This document shows, in pieces, positions 45,735 through 56,063 of a stretch of 64,000 nt of DNA. How positions within the stretch are numbered: the first letter of the stretch is position 1; each line of letters opens with the position of its first letter. Location of the stretch: positions 32,001 to 96,000 of IMG/VR virus record IMGVR_UViG_3300025133_000022; one strand, written 5' to 3'. Below the pieces are notes generated by a model. That model ran no database searches and had not been told where the DNA came from. It worked only from the letters and a program-made list of their open reading frames with translations. The DNA comes from a virus. The translations under genes were made by a program, and so were the position numbers.

Positions 45735-48376
45735 ATGAACCAGGTACCATTGTATATTATCAACTTGGACGACAGCGTCCCACTGCCTGGTGGTACGTTC
45801 GTATTAGATGTTCAAACAGAAAAACTGCATTTATTCAGCAGTGTCGAATCATACAACAAGCAATATGTTATTATTGGTATAGCTGATTGTCCAGACCCAA
45901 CAGAAATACTCGAAGACCCTACATCTGCCCTTGAGCCTTTGCTACAAGTAGGGGTCATGTGTCAAATCACAGAAACAGAAGCTGCAGACACCTTCACGGT
46001 ATATACTCTTCAGGTACTGCATCGAGTCTTGATTAGAAATATCAATAGAAACAAAAGTGAAGACGACCCATATACTCTTTGGGTTCAGCAAGAGCCTATA
46101 GCAGAAGAATTTCTCCCCGCAGAAGAAGAACTAAAGAGAGACATTCAAGATATGATTGGAATATTTCTCCGTAAAGAACAAATCTGGGCAGGTATGTCTG
46201 ATTCAACTATCAAGACACTGCGCTCAGATGAGCATCTTTTGAAAAAGATGCATCTTATGGCAGGGCACATGCTATCAGGTATTGAACGATTAGACTATTT
46301 GCAACAACTCAGCAATGTTGACAGATGGAATAAAGTACTAACTGTGGCTAGCAAAAAACTAAGCGCACAAGCGAGAGCACTACCTCCCCCCGTCTCTAAG
46401 AAAATAGACAAACCTAAAAAGAAAGGTAAGAAACTACTTACTTGGAGAGAACGAGTTGCAGAGAGCGACATGCCTGATGCCGTACGAGAGAAAGTACTAC
46501 GCGAAGTCAGCAAGTTGGAATCTACTCCAAAAAACAGTACCGAGTATGCTCAGACAGCCGACTACCTTCGATGGACTCTAAGCGTTCCATGGGGTAAAAC
46601 AAGCTACATACCAACAGACCTACGCAAACTCCACAGCAAACTAGACGAAACACACTACGGTTTAAGTGAAGTGAAAGAACACATGCTTGAAATCATGTGT
46701 GTCCAAGAGCTTCACGAAGGCTCCACGGGCTCTGTGCTTTGTTTTGTAGGCCCTCCCGGCACAGGCAAAACCACCATCGCAAAATCTATTGCAGACGTTT
46801 CAAATCGTCCACTTATTAGAATTGCCCTAGGTGGACTCAGCGATACTGCTGAATTTCGAGGTTAAGCAAAATGGCCTCGCGTGTTGGCAACAGCACGAAA
46901 ACAATTCCATTAATTGCTGGAACATCCTAATGACAAAGTCAAGGACAATCAGCAGCTAGATATTAGTGGTCACCACATGTTACATTAACTCTATAACCAC
47001 GGAGTTAACAATGAAATATCATGTAGGCGACACACTTGGTTCGTTTCTACTCATCAATAAAGATGGAGTAAAATGGACCGCAAAATGCACATGTGGAAAC
47101 ATTTGGTCAACAAGATTGATACGACTAAAAGGCCGTACCAACTGCCCCAAATGCTCACCGCCACGATCTTATAAGCAAAGACAACCAGGTGAAACAATTA
47201 ACAGCCACACCTTACTTGAACGATTACCATCTAGAAAATGGAAAACTCAATGTAAGTGTGGAGCAACTAGAATATGTTCACCAGCTGATCTTAAAAGATA
47301 CGATACATGTAAAGCCTGCTACGATCCTGAGAAAGTAGCAGGCCAACTCCGACTTCCTCCTAAAGAGAAAGAAACTAATTATCGTATCCGCTACTACAAA
47401 AAACATGCTAAAGAAAGAAACTACGATTGGGAATTGACAAAATTTCAAACCCAAACACTACTTCAAAGCATATGCAACTATTGTGGTAGCGAAAATGCTC
47501 AAGGCATTGACAGAGTAGACAACTCTCAAGGATATACAATTAGCAACTGTGTCAGTTGCTGCAATTTTTGCAATCATGCAAAGAAAAACTATCCTAAAGA
47601 AGAGTTTCTTAATCATATTAAGCGCATTTATGAATATCAGTTCAGAGACTATCCCGAAAGGGAGTACAGCCAAGCGGCTGGAAACATGGAACCCCCACGT
47701 GGGTGAAGATATAGTCCGATCTACATGGAAACATGTAGCAGCGAAAGCGAGTGTAGCCTAGCGAACTACGCTGAACACCATGCATAGACGTACATACGTA
47801 GCCAGCAGACCAGGACGACTCATCTCCGAACTAAAAGAGAAGGGCAGTATGGATCCACTCATCCTTTTAGATGAAGTTGATAAGCTTGCTCACTACAAGG
47901 GCGACCCAGCAGCAGCCCTATTAGAGATCTTAGATCCAGAACAAAACGATCATTTTGTAGACCACTACTTGGAAGTGCCAGTAAATCTAAGTAAAGCAAT
48001 GTTCATTTGCACAGCCAATTACGAAGAAAAAATTCCACAACCACTACTAGATCGTATGGAACTAATCAGGTTCCGAGCTTACGATGATGCTGAACGCGAC
48101 ATTATTACAAAACAATTTCTGCTGCCAAAAATCCAAGCTCAAGAAAACAATACAAATCTACCAGTAACCTTCGAAGATACAGCTTTAACTAGAATAGCTA
48201 AGATTCCACAAGTAAGAAAAATCGAGAAGATTTTAGCTAAGCTTGTTCGCCGAGGAGTTACCCAAGTCCATGTACATGGGAAGAAAGAATACGTCATTAC
48301 AAATGATGATGTATCAAAAATTAAACACAACTATGTGTCAAAATCCGATCGAAAAATAATTGGATTCAGGAAATAA
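45735..48376 (+). CDS. Lon-like AAA+ ATPase without protease domain, spliced: join(45735..46862,47783..48376)
   Basis: Lon N-domain, LDETHYGL, GPPGTGKT; splicing restores AEFRG-HRRTY; LLDEVDK, LLEILDPEQN. Confidence 0.88.
46863..47782 (+). mobile_element. Group I intron in the Lon-like gene
   Basis: P1 CGAGGT/GCCTCG; AATTGCTGGAA, AATCAGCAG, GTTCAGAGACT, AAGATATAGTCC; terminal G at 47782. Confidence 0.9.
47011..47706 (+). CDS. Intron-encoded HNH homing endonuclease
   Basis: CTCG/CKCG repeats; CNYCG...GIDRVDNSQGY...NCVSCCNFCNHAK. Confidence 0.85.
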   Translation: MKYHVGDTLGSFLLINKDGVKWTAKCTCGNIWSTRLIRLKGRTNCPKCSPPRSYKQRQPGETINSHTLLERLPSRKWKTQCKCGATRICSPADLKRYDTCKACYDPEKVAGQLRLPPKEKETNYRIRYYKKHAKERNYDWELTKFQTQTLLQSICNYCGSENAQGIDRVDNSQGYTISNCVSCCNFCNHAKKNYPKEEFLNHIKRIYEYQFRDYPEREYSQAAGNMEPPRG

Positions 48377-48381
48377 TTACA

Positions 48382-48579
48382 ATGACAACACAATTAGATA
48401 CAAGCACGATCCCAAACCGCATTTGGTTTGTCAACAGTGGGAATGATATTAAAGGTCAATGGCCTAGCAGAAGACTTGCTCGTGTTCAAAAACGTGAACT
48501 TATCGCAGCAGGAAACACTGCGAACATTAGTTTTAGTTTGGTAACAATTGAAAAACCAATCGTAGATTCACATTCCTAA
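48382..48579 (+). CDS. Hypothetical protein
   Basis: ORF track. Confidence 0.5.
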   Translation: MTTQLDTSTIPNRIWFVNSGNDIKGQWPSRRLARVQKRELIAAGNTANISFSLVTIEKPIVDSHS

Positions 48580-48635
48580 GCTGTGAGGAGGGGCGGCGTA
48601 GCCGCCCCTCTTGTTTGAGATAACAGGAGCTAGCA

Positions 48636-49298
48636 TTGCTCAAATACAATCCAGAAAATCGTGTAAAAGATATAATCAAAAACCAAATCCTCGACTTACC
48701 AGAACTACAACACCAACTATCTAAAAATGCCATCTCGTATCTTCGAGAAAGGGTGTTTTTAGGGCAGTGTCAACCATATACTCAAAGAACAAGTAGTGGA
48801 CGACTAACTAGTATGCAAATTCAAACTATTTGTAAATTAAATATCTTGTGTTATCAAGAAAGTTATTATCATCGAGGATTGATAAATGCCGCAACTAAAA
48901 ATAATAAACCAATAGATGTAATCGCATTACATGATTACATCTATGCTCAACTTACACTCATTGTAGCAAACCCAAGATCCGAAATTTCAAACGACTCTCA
49001 AGCTCTTTTGAGAGGTCTAAAATTAAGTAGACGAGCACAAATCGCCCTACTTAATCAAAGAAATGGCCTTTCTGAAATTCTCCAAAGAGAACAACAACTT
49101 CAGCTTGCTCAACTTGGCACGCTAATCCTTCCACCCGCCCTTCTCACCATTTTACGTGAACCAGTTCACTTTGTAGACACTACCGCTACTGCCCTTGGCA
49201 GACTTGCTGAGGTGGTGCTGCGCCAAGGAATCAAATGCCAGGTTTCCACAACGACCAACTCTTTCATTTCAGAGCTTTTAGCAAGCTGCGTCCATTAG
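48636..49298 (+). CDS. Hypothetical protein
   Basis: TTG start after AGGAG. Confidence 0.55.
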   Translation: MLKYNPENRVKDIIKNQILDLPELQHQLSKNAISYLRERVFLGQCQPYTQRTSSGRLTSMQIQTICKLNILCYQESYYHRGLINAATKNNKPIDVIALHDYIYAQLTLIVANPRSEISNDSQALLRGLKLSRRAQIALLNQRNGLSEILQREQQLQLAQLGTLILPPALLTILREPVHFVDTTATALGRLAEVVLRQGIKCQVSTTTNSFISELLASCVH

Positions 49299-51442
49299 CT
49301 TACTATGCATTGTCTAGTGCGTACTTTTGCTCCCAGATGCGTTCCAACAGGTCTGCCAGACCATCTCTAGAGTACATCTACAACTTAATCCAAGAAAGTG
49401 TTCTTGCTTTCGATATTGAATTTAATGGAAAATCAACCTTCCATACAAATTCAATAAGAAGACATCACACTACACCCAAACGCAATATGGGAATGCTTAA
49501 GGTACGCAGAACCAAGCAAGGCTATACAAGCTTACCAGAATCACTTTTGAAAAGCATGGGCTCTCCCTTGCATTTTCCGACCCTGCCACCAAGCTTGACT
49601 TTCACCCCAAATGAAAATTTTGAATTGATTCCATATCGCATACAGATGGAAGCAAAATGGGTAGATCGCAGAGGAATGATCAGTTGCTTAGGTAGTAATT
49701 TTCGCAAATGGGTTGCTAGCCAAGGCCCCAGAAGAACAATAACCTGCAGAGGATACCGACACACTTTAGAAGAAAGCAAAATACCAGAATACAGTATCAA
49801 CTACGTTCCAGGCAAAACTGTTTCTAAAGCCGGAAACTTCTTCCTCTACAGCCAGAACCTCAACATCTACAATCCATACACTAAAGAGTACGAAACTGTA
49901 CTGTGGGTGGGTCTGGCTAGTTGCATGAGCATACAATATCTTTATACTCATCCATACGCTACGAAAATCATGAAGAGTCTTCTGGAAGCTAAAAAGCTTA
50001 AGAAAACCATTACCCCTCTTAGTAGGTATAATGCAAAAACTCCAGAAGGCATACGTTGGAGTGCAGCTACTTGGGAAAAGATAGCAGGTCAAACTTTAGA
50101 CCAGTACCAGAAGCAAAGTCATTCAAAAATTCTCGAAACACTAATTTTAGTTGAAGAACTGTTTTCTACTCCAGAAGGCATCAAGCTTCAGCGCATGGAA
50201 GATCTTGCACAAATAAAAAAACAAGAACTTGACGAATTAGAAGCTCAGTTAGAAATTACCGAAAAACAACTTCTCAAAACACAAACAGCAATAATAACAG
50301 AACTGCAACGCGTTAGAGAATACCAACTGAGCCTTCAAAGAAACCGAGAGAAAATTCCCTCCCTTGTGAAAGAGAAAGAAAAACTCCACCCAGAAGTAAG
50401 TGCACGAAAAGCAATTTTCAGTAAGATTCAAACTGCAATAGAAAAGAAAAGAACAGCATTCGAGCTAAATAAACGAAACTTCTTACGCGCTGACAAATTT
50501 AAGAACTCTAGCTCCTATGCAGAAGGCCTAGCTAAGAGCGGACTGGTAATAGACGACTTGGTTTATAAGAACCAAGTCTCAGGCAGAATGAAAACCGCTA
50601 GTGATAACCCAGACATCACGGTACAGCGAGACTGGAAATTAATAAAAGCCTATATGCATACTACTCGTCCAATCAAGATGCATTTTGGTTTAGAGAATGA
50701 AAAACCAAGAGCTAGTGGACCTCATAGGTTAAAAGTATGGCTTGAAGAGGGTACACCCAAACTGAAAATTTCTCCATTGGTTGCCTGGGCGGCGCTAGGC
50801 TGGGACGAGACTACTTTCAAGATAACTCCTCATGCGGATAGCTGCTCCATAGATACAACACAGCCTGCTATGTCAATCTGTAATGACATCTTGGATCACA
50901 GCCCAACAGTTTGCATGGGAGAGCTCAGTGCAACTGCCAGCTGGGCGTTTCATGATAACAATCCTAAAATGCTGGCGTTAGCAATCCTAAGCTTTCTTCA
51001 AAGTGTTAACAAGAAAGACATCTGGGGGAAAACATATACTACGTTCCCTTTCTGGGAAGATGTACAAAAAAGCAAACTTCCCAACGATTACACACACTGG
51101 GTAGAAAATACTGTAATCAAACAATCAGAAGCGCCTAAGTATTATATATCCAAATGTAGTAATTACTTCTTCGAAGTAACTAAAGGATCTGATGGGTGTG
51201 ATTGTAGATGGGGGCGTCTGAGAAAAACAGACAATGGTCTTGTAGAAACAAGCAACAATAGCCACCTCAACTACATAAGAAGCGATTACAATACAACTTA
51301 TACTTTATTGTGCGCAAATGCGCAATGGGTATTATCTCCATTTGCTGCAATTCAACAGAAGCATGATGGAACTACACCTGGTTGGAACCCCATGTCCTAT
51401 GTGCCACCTCCAACTGATTCTTTAGCTACTCCTACTTCTTAA
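49235..51442 (+). CDS. Large protein with a coiled coil and a putative prokaryotic E2-like domain
   Basis: ITPH...VCMGEL...AILSFLQSVNKKDIWG resembles prokaryotic E2 domains; lies upstream of JAB, E1 and Ubl genes. Confidence 0.5.
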   Translation: MPGFHNDQLFHFRAFSKLRPLAYYALSSAYFCSQMRSNRSARPSLEYIYNLIQESVLAFDIEFNGKSTFHTNSIRRHHTTPKRNMGMLKVRRTKQGYTSLPESLLKSMGSPLHFPTLPPSLTFTPNENFELIPYRIQMEAKWVDRRGMISCLGSNFRKWVASQGPRRTITCRGYRHTLEESKIPEYSINYVPGKTVSKAGNFFLYSQNLNIYNPYTKEYETVLWVGLASCMSIQYLYTHPYATKIMKSLLEAKKLKKTITPLSRYNAKTPEGIRWSAATWEKIAGQTLDQYQKQSHSKILETLILVEELFSTPEGIKLQRMEDLAQIKKQELDELEAQLEITEKQLLKTQTAIITELQRVREYQLSLQRNREKIPSLVKEKEKLHPEVSARKAIFSKIQTAIEKKRTAFELNKRNFLRADKFKNSSSYAEGLAKSGLVIDDLVYKNQVSGRMKTASDNPDITVQRDWKLIKAYMHTTRPIKMHFGLENEKPRASGPHRLKVWLEEGTPKLKISPLVAWAALGWDETTFKITPHADSCSIDTTQPAMSICNDILDHSPTVCMGELSATASWAFHDNNPKMLALAILSFLQSVNKKDIWGKTYTTFPFWEDVQKSKLPNDYTHWVENTVIKQSEAPKYYISKCSNYFFEVTKGSDGCDCRWGRLRKTDNGLVETSNNSHLNYIRSDYNTTYTLLCANAQWVLSPFAAIQQKHDGTTPGWNPMSYVPPPTDSLATPTS

Positions 51443-51484
51443 AACCGAGGGGGGCGCGTAGCGCCCCTTCTTTCAAGAGCAGAT

Positions 51485-52723
51485 ATGAATAAAACACCTA
51501 AAAAAACCTTTGAAATCATACCATTTGGCATTACACCAGACGTGACTGTCTGTATTGATCATGCAAGCCTATTGCGTTACCGCTACTTGGTAGCACAAGT
51601 ATCACCAAACGAAGTTCAATGGTACGCAAAAGTAAAACGAACAGTTACACCAGCTAGCGAACGATCCCGTCAATATTCCAATTCACTATGGACATATCAT
51701 ATCACAGATATGTTCGTTCCCGAACAAAGCGTGAGCAAAGGTTCTGTTGATACTGACATCAAACAAAACCCAGCAGCAATGTATCGACTCATGAAAGAAA
51801 TCGAAGGACGCTATCCTGATGATAGCAGTGAGCTTGGATTCAATACAGAGAAAGCCAACGAAGACATACAGGCTATGCACGTCTGGTGTCATTCGCACCC
51901 GTTCACTCAATATCCTACTCCGAGTGGGCAAGACGACAAAATGTTTTCTGATTGGGTCTATGATAATCAAATAGCCCAAACAATAACCTCTCCGTTCGTA
52001 GCACTTATCTTCGGCTCTAGTGAAAACATTCACGCACGCATATATGACCCGCTTACTCCTGGCATCATGTATGAAAATGTTAAAGTCTCTATCACTGTTG
52101 ATAAAGACTTTGATACAACTTACATGGACAATGCAGTAGCAACCAAGATTGAAGAAAAGACTTTCAATTACGCCAGCGGCGGCACTTACATTCGCTGCTC
52201 TGATGGAGTTTATCGCACTTCTGAAGTAAAAAATGCCTTTGATAAAACCAATCAGAAAAAGCTAATCAGCAAGAAAAACAAATGCTTTTTTGATAAATAT
52301 TTTCCAACAGACTGGGAAACATTTGTTGCAGATTGCAATAGCAAGTACGACAACACCAAAGAAATAATGGAGCTGTGGAACTTCATGTGTCGCTGGCTGC
52401 CTACAAAATTAGAGCGAACGCTTTTCTGCTTAGCTCTTGTAGATACTTCTGAAAGCTTAGAAAAAATGGCACGAGCCAAACAAGAAGACTTATTCCACAT
52501 ATCAGATGAGGACGCTATACTCGTTCTTACAACACACTTCTCATCTGATTCTGTCTGTAGTAAACAACTTCGTTCTGCTTTGACCTTCTCTAAGCGATAC
52601 GCAAAACAAAACAGTGAAGAAGGCAGACTCCGTGCAGTACGCTTTCTTAAGAAGAGCCTAGACAAAATTATCCACAACTCTGCCAGCCCTTCAGGCTACG
52701 TCTTTTTAGAAGACTGCAATTAA
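51485..52723 (+). CDS. JAB/MPN-domain metallopeptidase
   Basis: NEVQW...WCHSHP...PSGQD (JAMM E/HxH/S/D). Confidence 0.75.
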   Translation: MNKTPKKTFEIIPFGITPDVTVCIDHASLLRYRYLVAQVSPNEVQWYAKVKRTVTPASERSRQYSNSLWTYHITDMFVPEQSVSKGSVDTDIKQNPAAMYRLMKEIEGRYPDDSSELGFNTEKANEDIQAMHVWCHSHPFTQYPTPSGQDDKMFSDWVYDNQIAQTITSPFVALIFGSSENIHARIYDPLTPGIMYENVKVSITVDKDFDTTYMDNAVATKIEEKTFNYASGGTYIRCSDGVYRTSEVKNAFDKTNQKKLISKKNKCFFDKYFPTDWETFVADCNSKYDNTKEIMELWNFMCRWLPTKLERTLFCLALVDTSESLEKMARAKQEDLFHISDEDAILVLTTHFSSDSVCSKQLRSALTFSKRYAKQNSEEGRLRAVRFLKKSLDKIIHNSASPSGYVFLEDCN

Positions 52724-52745
52724 CAAACACCAGCGAGAAATTACC

Positions 52746-53441
52746 ATGAGCACACGTGTATCATTCCAAAGACACAATGGCTTTGTAAGCCCAGAATGTC
52801 TTACTGATACTCTCAATATCATTGGAGTCGGCGCGACTGGCTCCAATGTAGCCCTAACAGCAGCTAAAATGGGGTTTACCAAATTTCGCATTTGGGATGA
52901 CGACATTGTTGAAGCTCATAATTTACCCAACCAGACATATGACCTCTGTCATGTTGGCATGCCAAAAGTAGAAGCACTTAAAACAGTGCTAAAACGCTTT
53001 AACCCCGAGATTGAAGTAGAAGTCAATCAGTGTTACTTCACCGCCAAAGAACATGGTGATGACCTGGAAGGCCCACTCATTCTCACCGTTGACACAATGA
53101 AAGCCCGCAAAGAAATCACAGACTGCTTTGAAGGCAACATTCTCATCGATACCGTAATCGAATCCCGTTTAGGATTCAATCATGGCACAATCAATATTAT
53201 AGATTGTACCAGTGCAAAAGATATAAAGGAATGGAAACATTCTTTATTCAGTGATGACGAAATACCCGAAGGTCCTTGTGGCTTTCGAATTTGTACCACC
53301 ATGGTTGGCATGGTTGCGAACTTTATGGTTCAGCAACTCTGCCAAAAATATGCTGCTCAGAAAACCAATGCAGCATGGAACCCAAAGAAAAAGACAGTGC
53401 TCGCCTTCAGTGACACTAGTCTAGACACCTATTCAACCTAA
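52746..53441 (+). CDS. ThiF/E1-like activating enzyme
   Basis: IIGVGATGS, WDDDIVEAHNLPNQ, PKVEAL, TVDTMKAR. Confidence 0.9.
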   Translation: MSTRVSFQRHNGFVSPECLTDTLNIIGVGATGSNVALTAAKMGFTKFRIWDDDIVEAHNLPNQTYDLCHVGMPKVEALKTVLKRFNPEIEVEVNQCYFTAKEHGDDLEGPLILTVDTMKARKEITDCFEGNILIDTVIESRLGFNHGTINIIDCTSAKDIKEWKHSLFSDDEIPEGPCGFRICTTMVGMVANFMVQQLCQKYAAQKTNAAWNPKKKTVLAFSDTSLDTYST

Positions 53442-53454
53442 GGAATTATCGCAC

Positions 53455-53682
53455 ATGCGCACAATCTCTCTCGTCACTCTTCCAGGCTCTGGCCGTAGCG
53501 TTCAGCAAATCGAACCCGGAACCACCCTTGCATCCTTCGCTGCCGCCAATGGCGTAACAAACCGTCAGCTCTGTCTGAACGGTGACACAATCCCAAGAGC
53601 CCAGTGGGAATCTGTCGACCTGTTTGCATATGAAGGCAGGGTAGAAGTGGCCGCACTGCTAGGCAGCAAGGGCAACAGCTGA
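53455..53682 (+). CDS. Ubiquitin-like (beta-grasp, ThiS/MoaD-type) protein
   Basis: 75 aa; beta-grasp pattern; C-terminus SKGNS; adjacent to the E1 gene. Confidence 0.7.
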   Translation: MRTISLVTLPGSGRSVQQIEPGTTLASFAAANGVTNRQLCLNGDTIPRAQWESVDLFAYEGRVEVAALLGSKGNS

Positions 53683-53737
53683 GTTTAGCAAACTCAAACA
53701 TCTGAATGGATCCTTAAGGGGATCCATTCTTATTTAT

Positions 53738-54121
53738 ATGACAATCAAAATTCAAGTCATTGGTCTTCCAGGTTCTGGGAAGACCACTTATATTCGCAAA
53801 TTCTTAGAACAACACCCTGATGTCCAATACCTAGACATTTGTAATTTTACCGGCAGATGTCGAGAACAAAAATTCAGAAGAGCTTTCAAGAATGCACAAG
53901 GGCCTATCATTGCCGAAAGCGCTTGTGGCATTTACAATGCAGGTTATATCATTAGGGTAAATACCCCAATTCAAACTACGTATCGCCAGCTGAAAGCTAG
54001 AGATGATAAAGCTGATCTAGAATATCTTTCTCTACTGAGTACACAAATAGTGCCTGCCCATTGTACACTGAGGCTGCCGGAAGATCTCCCCGGCCAATTG
54101 CAGACCATACTAAGGAGGTAA
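53738..54121 (+). CDS. P-loop kinase/ATPase
   Basis: IGLPGSGKTT. Confidence 0.75.
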   Translation: MTIKIQVIGLPGSGKTTYIRKFLEQHPDVQYLDICNFTGRCREQKFRRAFKNAQGPIIAESACGIYNAGYIIRVNTPIQTTYRQLKARDDKADLEYLSLLSTQIVPAHCTLRLPEDLPGQLQTILRR

Positions 54122-54126
54122 TAACT

Positions 54127-55014
54127 ATGTTACATATCAGGAATCTAGAAGTTCTACCAGAAATAGTAGACAGTGTTTACGCTTCTCCTACTGTGAAGCT
54201 TAAAGCAACCGGACCAATTAACAGTTACGCAATCCTACGAGACATATTCACTCCAAAGCACACTGCTTTAATTCAGCACCTAGGTGATGGCAAATGGGCA
54301 CGAGTCCGTGGATCCAGCGACCTGACAATCTCCGGTCTCCGTGGTCGAGACTCTCAACAAACAGCATGCATCAACAGTCTAGTACACGAAAAGATTTTAA
54401 TTAATACAATTATTGGTCAAGCTGGCACAGGCAAAACCACCATCGCTCTAGCTTATGCGCTTGACCGCTGGTTCAATGAAAACAAAAGAATTGTCCTAAG
54501 TAAACCAACCGCAATGGTTGGTGAAGGAAAAGCTTTTGGACCCGTGCCTGGAGACATGGCTGAAAAATACGCACCATATCTAGCAAGTTATGAAATTGCT
54601 ATGAAGCGACTACTAGGTTGCAACTCTCAAGGTCAACTTGAAGCCATGAAACGCAAAAAGCATCTAGAGTACGTACCTATTGAATTAGTACGCGGCAGTG
54701 AATTCGAAAACTGTACCTTCATTCTTGACGAAGCACAAAACCTTACATGGCATGAGATCAAAACCCTTATCAGTCGTATGGGTGAGGGCACAACGCTAAT
54801 TATTTTAGGAGATCTACGTCAAATTGATATTGTCGATCGTCGCGGATGCACCATACCAGCAAGCACTACGGGTCTATATAAACTAATTCACTCCCTCCCA
54901 TATCAGCAATCTGCGATAAGCAGCCAGATGGAATTGACTACACAATATCGCAGTCCTATTACTAAACTCATCGCCGACGTTGATGAGTGGCTTGCAAAAC
55001 CAAACAAAACCTAA
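54127..55014 (+). CDS. phoH: PhoH-family ATPase
   Basis: GQAGTGKT, RGSEFEN, ILDEAQN, SRMGEG, GDLRQID. Confidence 0.9.
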   Translation: MLHIRNLEVLPEIVDSVYASPTVKLKATGPINSYAILRDIFTPKHTALIQHLGDGKWARVRGSSDLTISGLRGRDSQQTACINSLVHEKILINTIIGQAGTGKTTIALAYALDRWFNENKRIVLSKPTAMVGEGKAFGPVPGDMAEKYAPYLASYEIAMKRLLGCNSQGQLEAMKRKKHLEYVPIELVRGSEFENCTFILDEAQNLTWHEIKTLISRMGEGTTLIILGDLRQIDIVDRRGCTIPASTTGLYKLIHSLPYQQSAISSQMELTTQYRSPITKLIADVDEWLAKPNKT

Positions 55015-55030
55015 AGTTTATCAAACAACT

Positions 55031-55279
55031 ATGAACAACAACGAACAAATCTCCAAAGAAATTATCAAGCAACTCTCGATGCTTTCTTTGGAGAACCAGG
55101 TTGAAATCCTGGCGAACGTGCTTATGTTTTTAGGTACTGACCACATGTCAGCTGAAGAAAACATTAACCCAAATAACATTGCAGAAATCATACTATTAGA
55201 CCGACGAAGCAATGGAGAAACAGTAGCCAATGCGCTGGCCCTTCAGGGCCTGACTATGATGTTGTGGCTACAGCAGTGA
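55031..55279 (+). CDS. Hypothetical protein
   Basis: ORF track. Confidence 0.55.
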   Translation: MNNNEQISKEIIKQLSMLSLENQVEILANVLMFLGTDHMSAEENINPNNIAEIILLDRRSNGETVANALALQGLTMMLWLQQ

Positions 55280-55303
55280 AAACCAAGTACAAAGAGGTAA
55301 CAT

Positions 55304-55753
55304 ATGAGAAGTGGACAGTTAAAAGTCTACAAGAACAGTGGGGCTGCGCAATTCAGCCTTATTGAATGTCGTCGTGACGATCGAGGATTCGTCATCAAAG
55401 AAGGAGCAGTTCTAGTAGAAGTTGCCAAGTGCAACGGAAAAGACAGTGATGGAAACATTCAAGCCAACTGGGGGGATAAAATCAGTTTTGCTATTAATAT
55501 AGCAGATATCTGCAACCTCATGGATGAATACAACGTACGAGCACACCGCTTGTTTCACAACTATAAAGGTACTGTCAAGTCCCTAGAATTTCGTCCCGGA
55601 GCCGGCAAATACGAAGGCACCTACATGCTTCAAGTTAATGAGGGCGGCAAAGATGGTAAAACTATCGTTGTTCCGTTAACTAATGGTGAATATAACATGA
55701 TCATGAGATTACTAGTCGGCTGTGCAGCTCCAAAGCTGCTCGGCTGGGAATAA
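55304..55753 (+). CDS. Possible Whirly/PC4-like ssDNA-binding protein
   Basis: VYK..GAAQFSL...GAVLVEVA...WGDKISFAI resembles the Whirly pattern. Confidence 0.45.
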   Translation: MRSGQLKVYKNSGAAQFSLIECRRDDRGFVIKEGAVLVEVAKCNGKDSDGNIQANWGDKISFAINIADICNLMDEYNVRAHRLFHNYKGTVKSLEFRPGAGKYEGTYMLQVNEGGKDGKTIVVPLTNGEYNMIMRLLVGCAAPKLLGWE

Positions 55754-55757
55754 TCTA

Positions 55758-56063
55758 GTGTTTAGGATTCATACAAACGGTAAAACCGTCAAGTTATCTT
55801 CTCTGCAATTAGCAGAAGCTCTAGTAGCTAGAAGTATCAATCCAAAAGTTTCAGACCGCACACAACAGACAATACCATCACTCGCAGAAGCAATGGCAAA
55901 AAGCATGGAAGCACAAGGTCTCCTCGGAGACAGTACACCCAGGCAGCTTCTTGCCCTTGGAATCGGAGTTGGATACTATCTAAATACGTTCTTTAGAAAG
56001 AACGAAGTAAAAATTCAGGAACAATTAAATGCAAATGAACGTCATTCTGATGGAAATAGCTAA
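55758..56063 (+). CDS. Hypothetical protein
   Basis: GTG start. Confidence 0.5.
   Translation: MFRIHTNGKTVKLSSLQLAEALVARSINPKVSDRTQQTIPSLAEAMAKSMEAQGLLGDSTPRQLLALGIGVGYYLNTFFRKNEVKIQEQLNANERHSDGNS

Noticed and set aside
45735-48376. Lon pseudogene broken by an insertion
   Set aside because: The insertion has P1, core elements and a terminal G, and splicing restores the frame and motif
52746-53682. Thiamine or molybdopterin biosynthesis (ThiF/ThiS)
   Set aside because: No thiG, thiH or moaE nearby, the small protein lacks a terminal GG, and the JAB and E2-like neighbours favour conjugation
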